A DNA stretch of 64,000 bases from Chloroflexota bacterium (GCA_965216245.1 OZ244145.1:1804097-1868096); one strand, 5' to 3'. Shown: positions 47,466 through 58,677, counted from the stretch's first letter. The notes: generated by a model not told the origin, from the sequence alone. Program-made: numbers and translations.

Positions 47466-48533
47466 TTACTCGGCGTGACCTGCTAAGAAGCCGGCGATCT
47501 GGGACTCATCATCTACTGAAATACCCTCAAGGCGGGCACCTTGGACGGGACGCATTTCGAGGATGCGGGAGGCTCCGGCATTTCTGAGTAGAGTACCGAG
47601 CTGCTCCGGCTCCGGGTGCAGCGCGATGATCGTGCCGCCGTCGCCGGCTCCGGCCAGTTTTGCTCCCAGCGCGCCGTTATCCAAAGCGGCATTGATGAGT
47701 CGCTCGTTTTCTTCGCCGGAGCCGCCAAGATCACGCTGAATTGCGTGATTCTCATTCATTAGTTTGCCCAGGCGCACCCAGTCCTTTTCCAGCAGAGCTT
47801 TCTTGCCCTCGCGCGCCAGGCCTGCAATGGCGTCATACGCTCTTACCACCTCGCGCTCGCCCTCCAGCCAACGTTCACGAATGGGTCTATGGACAACGTC
47901 GGCATGGTGCTCAATTCCGGTGTGAGCTAACACAAAAGGCAACTCGGGTACGTGTGACACGAGTGACTCCACGGAAGCATAGGGTTCGCTGTGCACTTCC
48001 CGGTAGAATTCTTTGTCGCGGAAGTCCATGTAGTTTAGTCCGCCAAACGCCGGCATATAGAAATCGTGGTAGCCGCAGATGACGCCCATCTCGTTGAGCT
48101 CGATACCGCGGGCGGTCTCCGCAAAGAGATACTCGTTCATCGTGCGGCCTTGATAGCGCATGAGCGCGTATAACGCAGCAACGACCAACGATGAGGAGCT
48201 TGAGAGGCCGGAGCCGATGGGCACGTCGCTCCAGCACCTGAAGTGGGCTTTCATGCCGAGACACTGCTGCTGGGCAACCACTGCGCGGAGGATGTCGAAG
48301 TGATCCCCCCGCTGCTGCAAATCGTCACGCGTGCGGACGGTCACCACACCTTGGTCGGATTCAAGTGTAAGCCGGTCTGCGGGATGAATTGAGACGTAAC
48401 CGCGCTGGGGAATCGTGCAAGACAGCACACTGCCGCCGTACATATCCGTAGGGTTGCCGATAATGCCGCAGCGTCCGGGAGCAGAGGCGACAACGGTTGC
48501 CTGCTCGGTGTCCCTATTTTCAGCCGGTGTCAT
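47466..48533 (-). CDS. GHMP-family sugar kinase
   Basis: PIGSGLSSSSS GHMP ATP-binding motif. Confidence 0.75.
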   Translation of the reverse strand: MTPAENRDTEQATVVASAPGRCGIIGNPTDMYGGSVLSCTIPQRGYVSIHPADRLTLESDQGVVTVRTRDDLQQRGDHFDILRAVVAQQQCLGMKAHFRCWSDVPIGSGLSSSSSLVVAALYALMRYQGRTMNEYLFAETARGIELNEMGVICGYHDFYMPAFGGLNYMDFRDKEFYREVHSEPYASVESLVSHVPELPFVLAHTGIEHHADVVHRPIRERWLEGEREVVRAYDAIAGLAREGKKALLEKDWVRLGKLMNENHAIQRDLGGSGEENERLINAALDNGALGAKLAGAGDGGTIIALHPEPEQLGTLLRNAGASRILEMRPVQGARLEGISVDDESQIAGFLAGHAE

Positions 48534-49426
48534 AACGTAGCCGCTTTGCGCAGCAGGTGCTGCCGCACGAGGTAGCCGTACTTTTCATCGGAGAGCGCGA
48601 AGTCTATGAACGCCTTGAAGTAGGTTTCGAAGTTGCCAATGTCGTACCGCACCTCTTCGGGTGCAAGCGCGACGCAGCGCACCAGTTGTTGCTGCTTGAT
48701 GAGCACCTCGATGGAGTCTGCGAGCCAGAGTTCGTTGCCTTTGCCGGGCAACGTGAGCCGGATCGCTTCGAATAGCTCACGATTCATCACGTAGCGGGGC
48801 ACCACGGCATAGTTGCTCGGCTCGGTGCCGCGCGGCGGCTTCTCCACAATGCCCTCGATGGCAAACTCGCGTCCGATGGTGTCTTTGGGCATCACGACGC
48901 CGTAGCGATGGGTATCCTCCGGCGCCACTTGCTCCACAGCGACCGTGCAAACGGCGCCGCTCTGCTCGTGGCTCTCGATCATGCGGCGCAAGAGATTGCC
49001 CCCCTGAATGATCGTGTCGCCAAAGGCCACAACGAAAGGCTCATCGCCGACAAACTCTTGGGCGAGACGCACGGCATCTGCTTGTCCCGTCTGCTGGCTC
49101 TGGCGCGTATAGAAGATATGGAGCAAGGTGTCGAAATTCGGCAGCCTGTCGCTCAATTCCAGGTCATCGCTGCCGAGCCGTTCTTCCAAATCGGGATCGC
49201 GATCGAAGTGGTCTTCGATAGAGCTTTTCTTGCGGCCGGTAACGAGAAGCACCTGGTTGATGCCGGCCTGCTCCATCTCCTCCACCACATACTGCACCAC
49301 CGGCTTGCGTCCGACCGGCAGCATTTCTTTGGGCTGAGACTTGGTGGCAGGGAGCAATCGGGTGCCCAAACCGGCAACCAAGATTACGGCTTTAGAGACT
49401 TTGGAGCGCTGGGCCATGGGAGTCAA
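48530..49426 (-). CDS. GalU-like UTP-glucose-1-phosphate uridylyltransferase family nucleotidyltransferase
   Basis: KAVILVAGLGTRLLPATKSQPKEMLPV N-terminal signature. 4-nt overlap with the kinase gene. Confidence 0.75.
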   Translation of the reverse strand: MTPMAQRSKVSKAVILVAGLGTRLLPATKSQPKEMLPVGRKPVVQYVVEEMEQAGINQVLLVTGRKKSSIEDHFDRDPDLEERLGSDDLELSDRLPNFDTLLHIFYTRQSQQTGQADAVRLAQEFVGDEPFVVAFGDTIIQGGNLLRRMIESHEQSGAVCTVAVEQVAPEDTHRYGVVMPKDTIGREFAIEGIVEKPPRGTEPSNYAVVPRYVMNRELFEAIRLTLPGKGNELWLADSIEVLIKQQQLVRCVALAPEEVRYDIGNFETYFKAFIDFALSDEKYGYLVRQHLLRKAATL

Positions 49427-49520
49427 TGCTCAATTGAGAATGCCTACGTTACCTTAAACAAGGTAGCGTGGATTTCACAAGGTTGTCAACAGTCAATGTT
49501 CGGTCTCGATGTTTTTTTGG

Positions 49521-50297
49521 CTACTCCTGCTCGTGCTGGCGGCGCATTTCGTCCAGCTTTTCAATAGTTTCTATGATGTATTCGGCTTGGCGTTGCACGC
49601 CTTGCTTTGTGCGCTCTTCGCCGGCGTCCCGGTTGGCCTTGGTGGGGAAACCCCAGACGCCGCTCGGTGTGTAGTACTCGGTCGGGATCATATCCACGAA
49701 TTCGGAGCCCAGGTCGGGCGAAGAGTCGACCACCTTCTCGGTCCGCATCAATTCAGGGTAGGCGTACATGAGCCGTGAGGTCTCGCTCTCGCCGGAGTGC
49801 CGGTCCTTGCCCGGACCCGAACCGCCCGCGCCGACGGGCGCGCCCCACATCACCATGAAATCCGGGTCCCACATATTGAGCTCGCGAATAGTCGGCTTGA
49901 GAATCCAGTTCCCGCCGTGGGAACTGGTAACGATCATGCGCTTGAAGCCCTGGCGCTTGAGGCAGGCCGCAATGTCTTGCAGAATTGACGCTACGGTATT
50001 GGGCTTCAGGCTCAGGGTGCCCTTGTAGTTGAGGAACTCGCTGGAGGTTCCGATAGGTATCGGCGGCAAGAGATAGACCTTCAGTCCGCGCTTTGCGAGC
50101 TCTCGCGCCAGCAGGCGGCTGCCGGAAAGGCCGAGCAGCCAGTCCGTGCCGAGGGGCATGTGGTAGGAGTGCTGCTCAATTGCGCCAATGCAGAAGAGCG
50201 CCGTGTCGCATCCGCTCTCCTCCAACTCCTCGAACGTGGACGCCCAACTTAAGAAATCCTCATCCTGCAAGTCATCGAACCAGTGATTTTCGCTCAT
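49521..50297 (-). CDS. creatininase-family amidohydrolase
   Basis: Length, conserved His/Asp/Glu pattern and an EQHSYHMPLGTD-like segment. Confidence 0.7.
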   Translation of the reverse strand: MSENHWFDDLQDEDFLSWASTFEELEESGCDTALFCIGAIEQHSYHMPLGTDWLLGLSGSRLLARELAKRGLKVYLLPPIPIGTSSEFLNYKGTLSLKPNTVASILQDIAACLKRQGFKRMIVTSSHGGNWILKPTIRELNMWDPDFMVMWGAPVGAGGSGPGKDRHSGESETSRLMYAYPELMRTEKVVDSSPDLGSEFVDMIPTEYYTPSGVWGFPTKANRDAGEERTKQGVQRQAEYIIETIEKLDEMRRQHEQE

Positions 50298-50695
50298 CGT
50301 CGCCTCTTTCATTTGTGGCATTTTCTCGACACACGCGGCGGAATCGGAAACTCTTCGCTGCCGCCGCTCCTGTGAACTCTACCAGCATGACTGCAAACAG
50401 TGCCGTCATGCCTGACAAAACCCTCGCTATCCCGGCGAGATCGTTCGTCCTTCTCGCGAACACGCTCGCCATCCCCGCGAACTCTCACGTGATCCCCGCG
50501 CACTCTCCGTCCTACCCGTTAACTCACTCGTGATTTGCGCGCACTCACTCGTCATTCCCGCGAAAGCGGGAATCTATCCACCTCCCTCAAGACCGCGGGC
50601 GCAGGTTGCAAACCTGCACTACCGGCGGATCGGCCAGTTGCGCGCCCGAGTCTTCATCCGGCATTTCCTAGCCCGTGAAAGCAAGAACGAACCGG

Positions 50696-51745
50696 CTATG
50701 AACCGCCAAACTGCACCGGAATCGTCACGCCTTTGAATGACCCATCCTGTGCGTCAAAGTCGCCGACGAGCAAAGTCCCCGTACCCGTGCGCGCCGGAAC
50801 CGTTAGTTGTGAAGAGAAATGTCCCCACGTCTCGATATAGTCGGTGGCAGTGGCTATGGCACGGGCCAATTCATTGCCCTCGCTATCCTGCAAGATAATG
50901 ACGTTATTCGCCTCGAAGTGCCGTGAGTACCCGCTGACCGTCAGCGTGCCTTGAACGGTTGCGCCGGGTCGCGGCGCGATGAGCACCGTGTCCTTGGCTG
51001 TAGCAGGGAGTATGTAGATTTCCGTGCCGCCGGGAACCACGTCAATCACCAGCCGCAGCGGGTCGCGAAGCTCTTGTACGCGGAACTGGTAAGCAGCCGG
51101 TATGAATACATCCACGAACAAACTGCGGTCCGGCGCACGGACGACGTAAACCTGCGTGAACCACATGTATTCTCCCGCCAGTTGAGCGTCGGTGAACGCA
51201 GTCTCGGTCGCAGTAGGGAGATGAATCCGCAGCACGCCCTCCCCCGCTGCCTTCTCGATTCGCCAATGCGGCACAGCGCTTGCCGACTCTTGGTCGGTAG
51301 CGAAATCGATCACCAGGCGCTCGAAGTCGGGATGTTGCCCAAACCGGATGTCCGCAATACGCGCGTCCGGCCTTGCTTCCCCACCTGTCAACGTTGGCGC
51401 TGCCGTAGGCGTGGCCTGCGCCGCCGGTGCCGGAGTTGCCGACGCAGTGGCGCTCATTTCGTCGGACTGCAACGATTCACTTCCCTCCTCAAAAACGCAC
51501 GCACTCAGCAAAAGAGCAAGCGTAAGTGCCATAAGTCCGGCGATCCAACGCAGACGGGAGATAGTCTTAGAAGGCGCGTTATTTCCGACGATTTGAGAAA
51601 GCTCGGCATCGTCATTCCGGTGCAAAGCCTGCCCCGTAACTGGTACGGTGCGGGAACCGAACTTCTCGATCATTTCTGGATTCCGGCCTCCCTCGGAGTG
51701 ACCAAGCAGTGCAAGTAGCGCCCTATTCGTTAGCCTGATGCCCAT
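50696..51745 (-). CDS. membrane-anchored protein with C-terminal Gmad2 immunoglobulin-like domain
   Basis: TM helix followed by Ala/Thr-rich linker. C-terminal GTLTVSGYSRHFEANNVIILQD...TLLVGDFDAQDG is typical of Gmad2. Start uncertain. Confidence 0.5.
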   Translation of the reverse strand: MGIRLTNRALLALLGHSEGGRNPEMIEKFGSRTVPVTGQALHRNDDAELSQIVGNNAPSKTISRLRWIAGLMALTLALLLSACVFEEGSESLQSDEMSATASATPAPAAQATPTAAPTLTGGEARPDARIADIRFGQHPDFERLVIDFATDQESASAVPHWRIEKAAGEGVLRIHLPTATETAFTDAQLAGEYMWFTQVYVVRAPDRSLFVDVFIPAAYQFRVQELRDPLRLVIDVVPGGTEIYILPATAKDTVLIAPRPGATVQGTLTVSGYSRHFEANNVIILQDSEGNELARAIATATDYIETWGHFSSQLTVPARTGTGTLLVGDFDAQDGSFKGVTIPVQFGGS

Positions 51746-51746
51746 G

Positions 51747-52928
51747 TTATCCCTCCTCGGGACGCGGCCCGTACCAACGGCGTGCCGGCCGGCCGGCCTG
51801 GTTGTACACGTCACCGGCACGTAGCGTATAGGTTGCCGCGAGGCGCCGGTCGCCGGTGAACTCACTATTCTCGGCATCCCGCATGGGGTACGGCCCGGAT
51901 TCAAGGCGCAGCACCGTAATATCAGCGCCGCCGCCAACGCGCAGGTGCCCCAACGAATCGGCGCGGCCGATGGCAGCAGCGGCGTTCTGTGTCGTGCGCG
52001 CCACCACGTCGGGAACGTCCCGGCCGAGGAAGAGGAATTTCGACATCACGTCAGGCAGGCTCTGCGCTGTGAAGTGGGACGAATAGGCGTGGAGATCGGT
52101 ACTAAGCGTATCCGGCAGGAAGCCATCCGCCAACGCCGCGCGCGCTACCGCGAAAGAGAAACTCCCTTGCCCATGGCCAACGTCGAAGGTGATGCCGTTC
52201 TGCTGTGCGGCTCGCACGTCCGGCAGCACCGTGCCCCGCTGCTGGTCCAAGATCAGTTTTCCTCGCCCCGTGAAGCAGTGGGTGATGATGTCGCCCGGTT
52301 TCAGGTAGCCCAGAATCTCCTGCACCGGTTGTTCGCAATCGGAAATGTGCACCATCATGCGCGTGTTGGTTGCATCGCGTACTTCTGCCGCGCGGCGCAA
52401 TGGTTCCAAGCCATTGGGACCGCAGATTTTCTCTGCAACGCGCACCTTCACGCCGAGAGCCACGTCGCGATGTGCTTCGACGGCCTTGATTGCGTCTTCA
52501 ACGCCGCAGTAGGCAAGGTTGAGGTTTTCACCCACGCGCATATCAGTAATGCCAATGCTCGAAATGTTGACGAAAGCGAAGGCCCGCGTGCGGGACTGCC
52601 CAATGACGAAGTGACGGAAGCCGGGAAAGTTCGCCCAGCCCGCGCTCCCCGCGTCTACTGCCGTGGTGACGCCGCTGGGCAGGCACGCCTGGTCGGGCAA
52701 CACGCCAAGATTGGTGCCGCCCCAGTAGATGTGCGTATGCAAGTCAATGAGGCCCGGCGTTACGAAATGATCGGCGACGTCGAGCACGAGCCCAGCGTCG
52801 TCGGCTGGGAGGTACTCTTCCAAGGCGGCAATGCGGCCGTGCTTCGTGCCGATATCCAGCGTGGCGTCAATACCCTGCGCGGGGTCGAGAACCCGCCCTC
52901 CCTTTAGCACCACGTCAAATGTTGCCAT
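51747..52928 (-). CDS. amidohydrolase-family (cyclic amidase/deacylase-like) protein
   Basis: MATFDVVLKGGRVLDP...LIDLHTHIYWGG metal-binding start. The ORF track extends to 53330. Confidence 0.7.
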   Translation of the reverse strand: MATFDVVLKGGRVLDPAQGIDATLDIGTKHGRIAALEEYLPADDAGLVLDVADHFVTPGLIDLHTHIYWGGTNLGVLPDQACLPSGVTTAVDAGSAGWANFPGFRHFVIGQSRTRAFAFVNISSIGITDMRVGENLNLAYCGVEDAIKAVEAHRDVALGVKVRVAEKICGPNGLEPLRRAAEVRDATNTRMMVHISDCEQPVQEILGYLKPGDIITHCFTGRGKLILDQQRGTVLPDVRAAQQNGITFDVGHGQGSFSFAVARAALADGFLPDTLSTDLHAYSSHFTAQSLPDVMSKFLFLGRDVPDVVARTTQNAAAAIGRADSLGHLRVGGGADITVLRLESGPYPMRDAENSEFTGDRRLAATYTLRAGDVYNQAGRPARRWYGPRPEEG

Positions 52929-53333
52929 TGCGATTGCTTCTTTCTGTTTTGGCTGCGCCATCACGTCAACAAGTCGATGGGAATCATGGTAGGCTGTGCG
53001 GGGATACTCGTCAATGTACGCCAAAGGCTCCGGACTACGCAGTTCGACGCGGAGAATCGTGCTTCGACCCTGCGACGGGCTCAGGGCAGGCAGGCTCGGC
53101 ACGACCGGGACGGGTGGCCCTCTGTACGAACGGCAAGGGTCATTTTCCGCACTAGGTGAAGTCGAACGTCGCGGCTGGTTTCCCTTTGCCGTGAGCCGGT
53201 CGCCGTCATCCGTTCGCCCCCGTATCGCGGTGCGGGGCAGGCTCTGAGCCTGTCGAAGGGCAAGTCCGCGGAATCCAATCCGTTCGACCAATTGGTTCTC
53301 GCCCAGTAGCCTAAATTCAGAGAATGACACACG

Positions 53334-54494
53334 ATGAAGATAACCGATATCAAGACTACCGCCGTCCGCGTGCCGCTCAGCGAACCCGTGAAGTGGTCGG
53401 GAGGCACCCGGGGCACGGCGCCGGCGCTCATTGTAGAGATTGAGACCGACTCAGGCATTGTAGGTCTGGGAGAGTGCGCCGGACCGCACATTCCTGTCAT
53501 CCGTACTGCCGTCGATGCCGAGCTCCGGCCCCTGCTCATCGGCCAGGACCCGCTGCGCACCGAATTCCTGCTGCACCGCATGGATGAGCACGTCATCCAC
53601 TGGTTTCGCACCGGCAATCACGCTATCGCCGGTATCGAAATGGCGTTGCTGGACATCAAAGCGAAACATTGGGGCGCCAGCGTTTCCGACCTGCTGGGCG
53701 GCCGCTACCGAGACGCCGTGGAGTATATGGGCTATCTCTTCATTGACACGCCGGAACGGAATGCCGCCAAGGCCAAGGCGTACGTGGAGCGGGGCTTCCG
53801 CACATTGAAAGTGAAGGTCGGGCGCAGCATAGACCAGGACGCGGCGAGCATTGCCGCCATACGCGAAACCGTGGGGCCCGACGTACGCATTCGCATCGAT
53901 GCCAACCAGGGGTGGAGTGTGCCTACGGCGATTAAGGCCATCCGCGCCATGGAGCCGTATGACTTAGAGTACGTGGAGCAGCCGGTAACGGAGCGCGACT
54001 TCGACGGTATGGCGCAGGTCGCCCGCGCCGTGGAAACACCGGTTGCCGCCGACGAGAGTTGCAAGACCGTTCTTGACGCGCTGCAACTGGCGCAAAAGCA
54101 GGCGTGCAGCGTGTTCGTCATCTATGTATCGGAGGCCGGCGGACTGCTAAAGTCCCGTCAAATCGCTGATATTGCCTATCAGTCGGGCATCACCTGTGCG
54201 CTGGGCACGTGGGCGGAGCTCGGCATCGGCACACTTGCGGGGGCGCACCTCATTGCCAGCCATCGCAGCTTCGCCCTGGCAAACGACACGCACTATCCGA
54301 TCCAGGAAGATGACGTGATCACGCCCCTGTTGCAGATCGATACGGGAATGCTGCGCTTACCGGACGGGCCCGGCCTTGGCGCGACTCTCGATCGGGAGAA
54401 ACTCGCACACTTTGCCAATTATCCGGCACGTGAGACGGTGTTTGGCGACCCCGAAAGCCCGGAGACAATCCTGCGCCGCGGGCAAATCCTCTGA
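53334..54494 (+). CDS. enolase-superfamily mandelate racemase/muconate lactonizing enzyme-like protein
   Basis: N-terminal capping domain plus barrel with KVKVG and DANQGW motifs. Confidence 0.85.
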   Translation: MKITDIKTTAVRVPLSEPVKWSGGTRGTAPALIVEIETDSGIVGLGECAGPHIPVIRTAVDAELRPLLIGQDPLRTEFLLHRMDEHVIHWFRTGNHAIAGIEMALLDIKAKHWGASVSDLLGGRYRDAVEYMGYLFIDTPERNAAKAKAYVERGFRTLKVKVGRSIDQDAASIAAIRETVGPDVRIRIDANQGWSVPTAIKAIRAMEPYDLEYVEQPVTERDFDGMAQVARAVETPVAADESCKTVLDALQLAQKQACSVFVIYVSEAGGLLKSRQIADIAYQSGITCALGTWAELGIGTLAGAHLIASHRSFALANDTHYPIQEDDVITPLLQIDTGMLRLPDGPGLGATLDREKLAHFANYPARETVFGDPESPETILRRGQIL

Positions 54495-54569
54495 TTGGTG
54501 CCATGCCGTGAAGCGAAGACCGCCGAGCACATCACGAACAGAGCTCGGCAAGAACTCTGCCTACCGCGT

Positions 54570-55547
54570 TCACGATCCTTCCGCGGGCTCCGTCTCTTCT
54601 CGGATAAGCTGGTCCGGTCCCGCACCGTACCAGTTGAGCTGGTGCTCTACGCTTGTCCACGGTTCCCAGGCTTCCACTCGGATGCGGCGCAAGGCATAGG
54701 GCGTTTCCGCCGACTGGTGCACACCGGGGCCGATGATGACGGCGGCCTCGTACCCGGCATCCTGCACCAACTGTTGTATCTCCTCATCCTGTCGGCCTAG
54801 AGGATAGTCGAAGTAGCGCAAGAACCGGCCTAATCGTTCTTCCAGGATTTGCTTTGAAATCACTACTTCCGCTAACACCGCGCCCCAGTCAGTCCGTGCC
54901 AGCCGTGGCAGATCAGCGTGATTGATAGTGTGTGATTCCACTTCCATGCCGAAGTCAGCAATTTCAGTGAGCTGGTCCCAGTTCATGTAGCCCTCTTGCA
55001 GTTCATGGAACCCAGGCATCACGAAGAAGGTGGCCGGCACTTTGTATTGCTTCAGCACGGGAAACACCGCGTCGTACTGAATCTCCCAGCCGTCGTCAAA
55101 AGTGAGCACGATCGGCATCTGGGGAAGCTCCGCTTCCCCAAGGAGTCCCTTCACCGCGTTGTGCAGAGAGAGCGGGCTGTAGCCCGCCGTAAGCATGCCT
55201 ACCAGTTGCGCCTCGAAGACTGCGGGCACTGTGGCCCGATGGTACATCAGGATCGGCAATATTTTCGAGTTTTCAGGTGGGGGAGGTTCGTACCGGTAGG
55301 GTGGCTGCCACGGTATCGGCGCTGCTGGAGGTGGGCTAGGGCTCTCTACCGGCGCCTCGGGCGCATCCTGATACCCCGTCGACAAGCCGAATACGGAGCC
55401 GGTTTCATCGGATTCAGTAATCGCGAGTGCGGAGATGGATGGCAGTAGAGGCATTGCTACTGCTCCACTGCATAGCCGTCGGAGCACCTCGCGGCGCGTG
55501 CTTGTGCCCTTTTCCTGCCGCACTTGCTCTTTGCTGTTGCGCGCCAT
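54570..55547 (-). CDS. secreted (Tat-like RR signal) polysaccharide deacetylase (NodB-homology) protein
   Basis: TRREVLRRL...ALA signal peptide; LTFDDGW NodB motif. Confidence 0.7.
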   Translation of the reverse strand: MARNSKEQVRQEKGTSTRREVLRRLCSGAVAMPLLPSISALAITESDETGSVFGLSTGYQDAPEAPVESPSPPPAAPIPWQPPYRYEPPPPENSKILPILMYHRATVPAVFEAQLVGMLTAGYSPLSLHNAVKGLLGEAELPQMPIVLTFDDGWEIQYDAVFPVLKQYKVPATFFVMPGFHELQEGYMNWDQLTEIADFGMEVESHTINHADLPRLARTDWGAVLAEVVISKQILEERLGRFLRYFDYPLGRQDEEIQQLVQDAGYEAAVIIGPGVHQSAETPYALRRIRVEAWEPWTSVEHQLNWYGAGPDQLIREETEPAEGS

Positions 55548-55809
55548 TTCGTAGAAAGCCCTCTGCTGATTTTCCAGCGCCTTACTCAACATTAAGCATA
55601 CTACGCCCGATTGTAGCTTGCACGACGTAAAGCCGCCTGCTTGTGCCGCCATGAGAGCAATGAAATCGGGTTGTAGAATTCCCTCCTGTAAATCCTTGGT
55701 ACTGCCTTGTTTGGGTAACGGATGCGCAGTTCTGCTTGATTTCACAGGTAATTCAGCCCGCTCTCATGTAAGATTGACACAATATGCCTTAAGTTGGCGG
55801 TCTCTGGGG

Positions 55810-58446
55810 ATGGGCCGCTACTCTCTCGTGACCTTGTCGAGATTCGGAGATGGCTTCATGCTCAGGATGTTTCGACAGTTCACCTTGGCACGAGGCAAAC
55901 AAGCAGGCATGCGATGGCGCGGGCTATTCGGCCTAATCCTTGCCGCGGGCACCTTAGCAACTGCCTGTGGCGCGGGAGCGGCGCCGGGTAGCAACATTGT
56001 GACCGACGCAGACTATGCTGCTTGTCTCGACAAGATCCGGAATCAGGCGCTGCCGGAAGTTAGCTACATCTACGACCGCCACGGCACTCTGCTTGCGACC
56101 ATTACCAATCCGGACGAGGGCCTGCGGATCGTCCTAACTTCTGACGAAATTCCGCCCGTCGTCAAGCAGGCCACCGTTGCGGCCGAGGACCGATTCTTCT
56201 ATACGCATCCCGGGTACGACATGCGGGCGATTTCGCGCGCTTTCGTGCAGAATCAGCAAGCCGGAGAGGTCGTTTCCGGCGGGAGCACGATTACCCAGCA
56301 ACTCGTCAAGAATATCTGCCTTACTTCTGAACAGACCTACGAGCGCAAGCTGAGAGAGATAAACCTCGCCGCGCGATTGACGGCAGAATTCAGCCGAGAT
56401 TCCATCCTCACCTTCTATCTCAACAAAGTCTACTATGGCAGCCAGGCCTATGGCATCGAGGCCGCGGCCATAGTGTTCTTCGGCAAGAACGCGCAAGAAC
56501 TCACCCTCGCTGAAGTGGCGATGCTCGCCGGCTTAACCGCGTCGCCATCGCGCGACAACCCCTACACCAATGCCGATCGCGCCAAAGCCCGCCAGCGGTA
56601 TGTGCTTGAACAGATGGTGGTCGCCGGCTATATCACGCAATCAGAATTAGAGGAGGTCTACGACAAACCGTTGAAATACGCGCGTTTGGTGGAAGCGGCT
56701 GCCGCCGCAGGGGTTGAAGCACCGCCGGAGAATCCGACGTTGGCGCCGCACTTCGTGCAGTACGTGCGTGAAGAATTGGCTGCACAATACGGGGCTGAGC
56801 GGGTACGTCAGGGCGGCTTGCACGTTTACACCACGCTTGACTTGAATCTACAGACCCTTGCCGAGGAGATCGCGCGGCAACACATTGCCTCGCTGGAAGG
56901 CTTCGGTGTCTCCAATGCTTCCCTCGTAGCCATACGGCCCAAGAGCGGCGAGATTCTCACCATGGTCGGCAGCCTAGACTTTCACGATGAAGACATCGAC
57001 GGCCAGGTGAACGTGGCGTTGGCGCCGCGCCAGCCGGGCTCTTCGATGAAGCCGCTCTTCTACGCTGCCGCGTTTGCCAAAGGCTGGACACCTGCCACTA
57101 CCATCTGGGATATTCCCACGACCATCGAGATTGAAGATGAACCTGACTATGAGCCGCGAAATTTCACCGGACAATTCAGGGGCCCGGTCACCGTGCGCCA
57201 CGCCCTTGTCAACTCCTTCAACGTGGCTGCGGTGCGTATGGTCACGTTTCTCGGTCTGGAAACGGCCATCGACACCATGCAGAGCTTGGGCATGACCACG
57301 TTTGAGGACCGCAGCCGCTTTGGCCCCAGCATTGTGCTCGGCGGCGGGGAGGTGAAGCTGCTCGAGTTGACGAACGCCTACTCCGTCCTGGCACGTGGCG
57401 GCACCTACATTCCGGTTTCTTCGATCCTACGCGTGGTCGATAGTCGCGGCAACGTCCTGCAGCGCTATGAGTTGCCAACCGCGGAAGAGATATTCGATCC
57501 TCGTATTGCGTACCAAATTACGAGCATCATCTCCGACAGCAAGACTCGGGCAGCGGAATTCGGGCCGAACACGCCACTGGAACTCTCCCGTCCCGCAGCG
57601 GCGAAAACGGGCACCACCGACGACAACCGCGACGGCTGGACGATTGGCTTTACGCCACAGCTCGTAACCGGCGTTTGGGTGGGGAATTCCGACGGTTCTC
57701 CCACCCTGAATTTGAGCGGCATGCGCGGCGCGACGCCCATTTGGAATGCCTTCATGGAGGCGGCGCTCGCGGATGAGCAGGTGCTTGAATTCGAGAGGCC
57801 GCGAGACATGGTGGAGGTAGAAGTTTGCACACGCACCGGCATGCTACCGACACCCTACTGCGGCGAAACCCATGAAGAGGTATTTCTCCGAGAGAATTCA
57901 CCCAAAGTGGTGGATAACATCTTCCTGCCGTTCCGGGTGCACAAGCAGTCCGGCTTGCGCGCCGGTCCCAACGTGCCGGCATCGCAATCGGAGGTGAGAG
58001 TGTTCATGGTCGTACCGGAAGAGGCGAAAGAGTGGGCCGAGGCGGAAGATATGGATAGTGCGCCTACCGAAGTGTACAATCCCCCGCCGCTCGACCCTGT
58101 CCTCATCGTCTATCCGCGTCAAGGCGACACGGTGCGCAGTATTTTGGAGATTCGGGGCAACGCGTTCTTCCCCGGCTTTCAATCCTATGAGGTCTCCTAT
58201 GCCGGACAGGCTAATCCGGATATGTGGGTGCGCATAACGCACTCCACCGTGCCAAAGGCAAACGCTGTGCTTGCCGCCTGGGACACGGCCCAGAACCCCG
58301 ACGGAGTGTATACGGTGCGTCTAACGGCGCAGGACACCGCAGGTCGGCAGCGAACGCGGACGGTACTGTTCGCAATTGAGAACAACCAAGATTCGCAAAA
58401 CAGCGAAGATGCGCAGAGCGACGTCGCGGCGGAAAGCCCGCCCTAG
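55810..58446 (+). CDS. class A penicillin-binding protein (transglycosylase plus transpeptidase, PBP1A-like)
   Basis: GT51 motifs (GGSTITQQLVKN), SxxK (SSMK), KTGTT. Start chosen at MGRYSL after the TM region. Confidence 0.85.
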   Translation: MGRYSLVTLSRFGDGFMLRMFRQFTLARGKQAGMRWRGLFGLILAAGTLATACGAGAAPGSNIVTDADYAACLDKIRNQALPEVSYIYDRHGTLLATITNPDEGLRIVLTSDEIPPVVKQATVAAEDRFFYTHPGYDMRAISRAFVQNQQAGEVVSGGSTITQQLVKNICLTSEQTYERKLREINLAARLTAEFSRDSILTFYLNKVYYGSQAYGIEAAAIVFFGKNAQELTLAEVAMLAGLTASPSRDNPYTNADRAKARQRYVLEQMVVAGYITQSELEEVYDKPLKYARLVEAAAAAGVEAPPENPTLAPHFVQYVREELAAQYGAERVRQGGLHVYTTLDLNLQTLAEEIARQHIASLEGFGVSNASLVAIRPKSGEILTMVGSLDFHDEDIDGQVNVALAPRQPGSSMKPLFYAAAFAKGWTPATTIWDIPTTIEIEDEPDYEPRNFTGQFRGPVTVRHALVNSFNVAAVRMVTFLGLETAIDTMQSLGMTTFEDRSRFGPSIVLGGGEVKLLELTNAYSVLARGGTYIPVSSILRVVDSRGNVLQRYELPTAEEIFDPRIAYQITSIISDSKTRAAEFGPNTPLELSRPAAAKTGTTDDNRDGWTIGFTPQLVTGVWVGNSDGSPTLNLSGMRGATPIWNAFMEAALADEQVLEFERPRDMVEVEVCTRTGMLPTPYCGETHEEVFLRENSPKVVDNIFLPFRVHKQSGLRAGPNVPASQSEVRVFMVVPEEAKEWAEAEDMDSAPTEVYNPPPLDPVLIVYPRQGDTVRSILEIRGNAFFPGFQSYEVSYAGQANPDMWVRITHSTVPKANAVLAAWDTAQNPDGVYTVRLTAQDTAGRQRTRTVLFAIENNQDSQNSEDAQSDVAAESPP

Positions 58447-58677
58447 GCAGAAGTTTCCCTTTCATCTTGCTATACTATGGATGGTCATCCGCCAGACCGG
58501 ATGGCTGCATCATAGTGTTGAAATTGCCTCAATCGGAAAAGTGTGAGCCTCCATAACAACGGGAGCACGTACGTGCTTAGGCAGGCAGGCGAAAGCGCTC
58601 CAGTCAGCCGGAAATGGAGGGTGTTCGAGGGGTGGCGGCGATGTCACCCGTTAGAGTGAAGGGAGAGCGGCCTTGCC

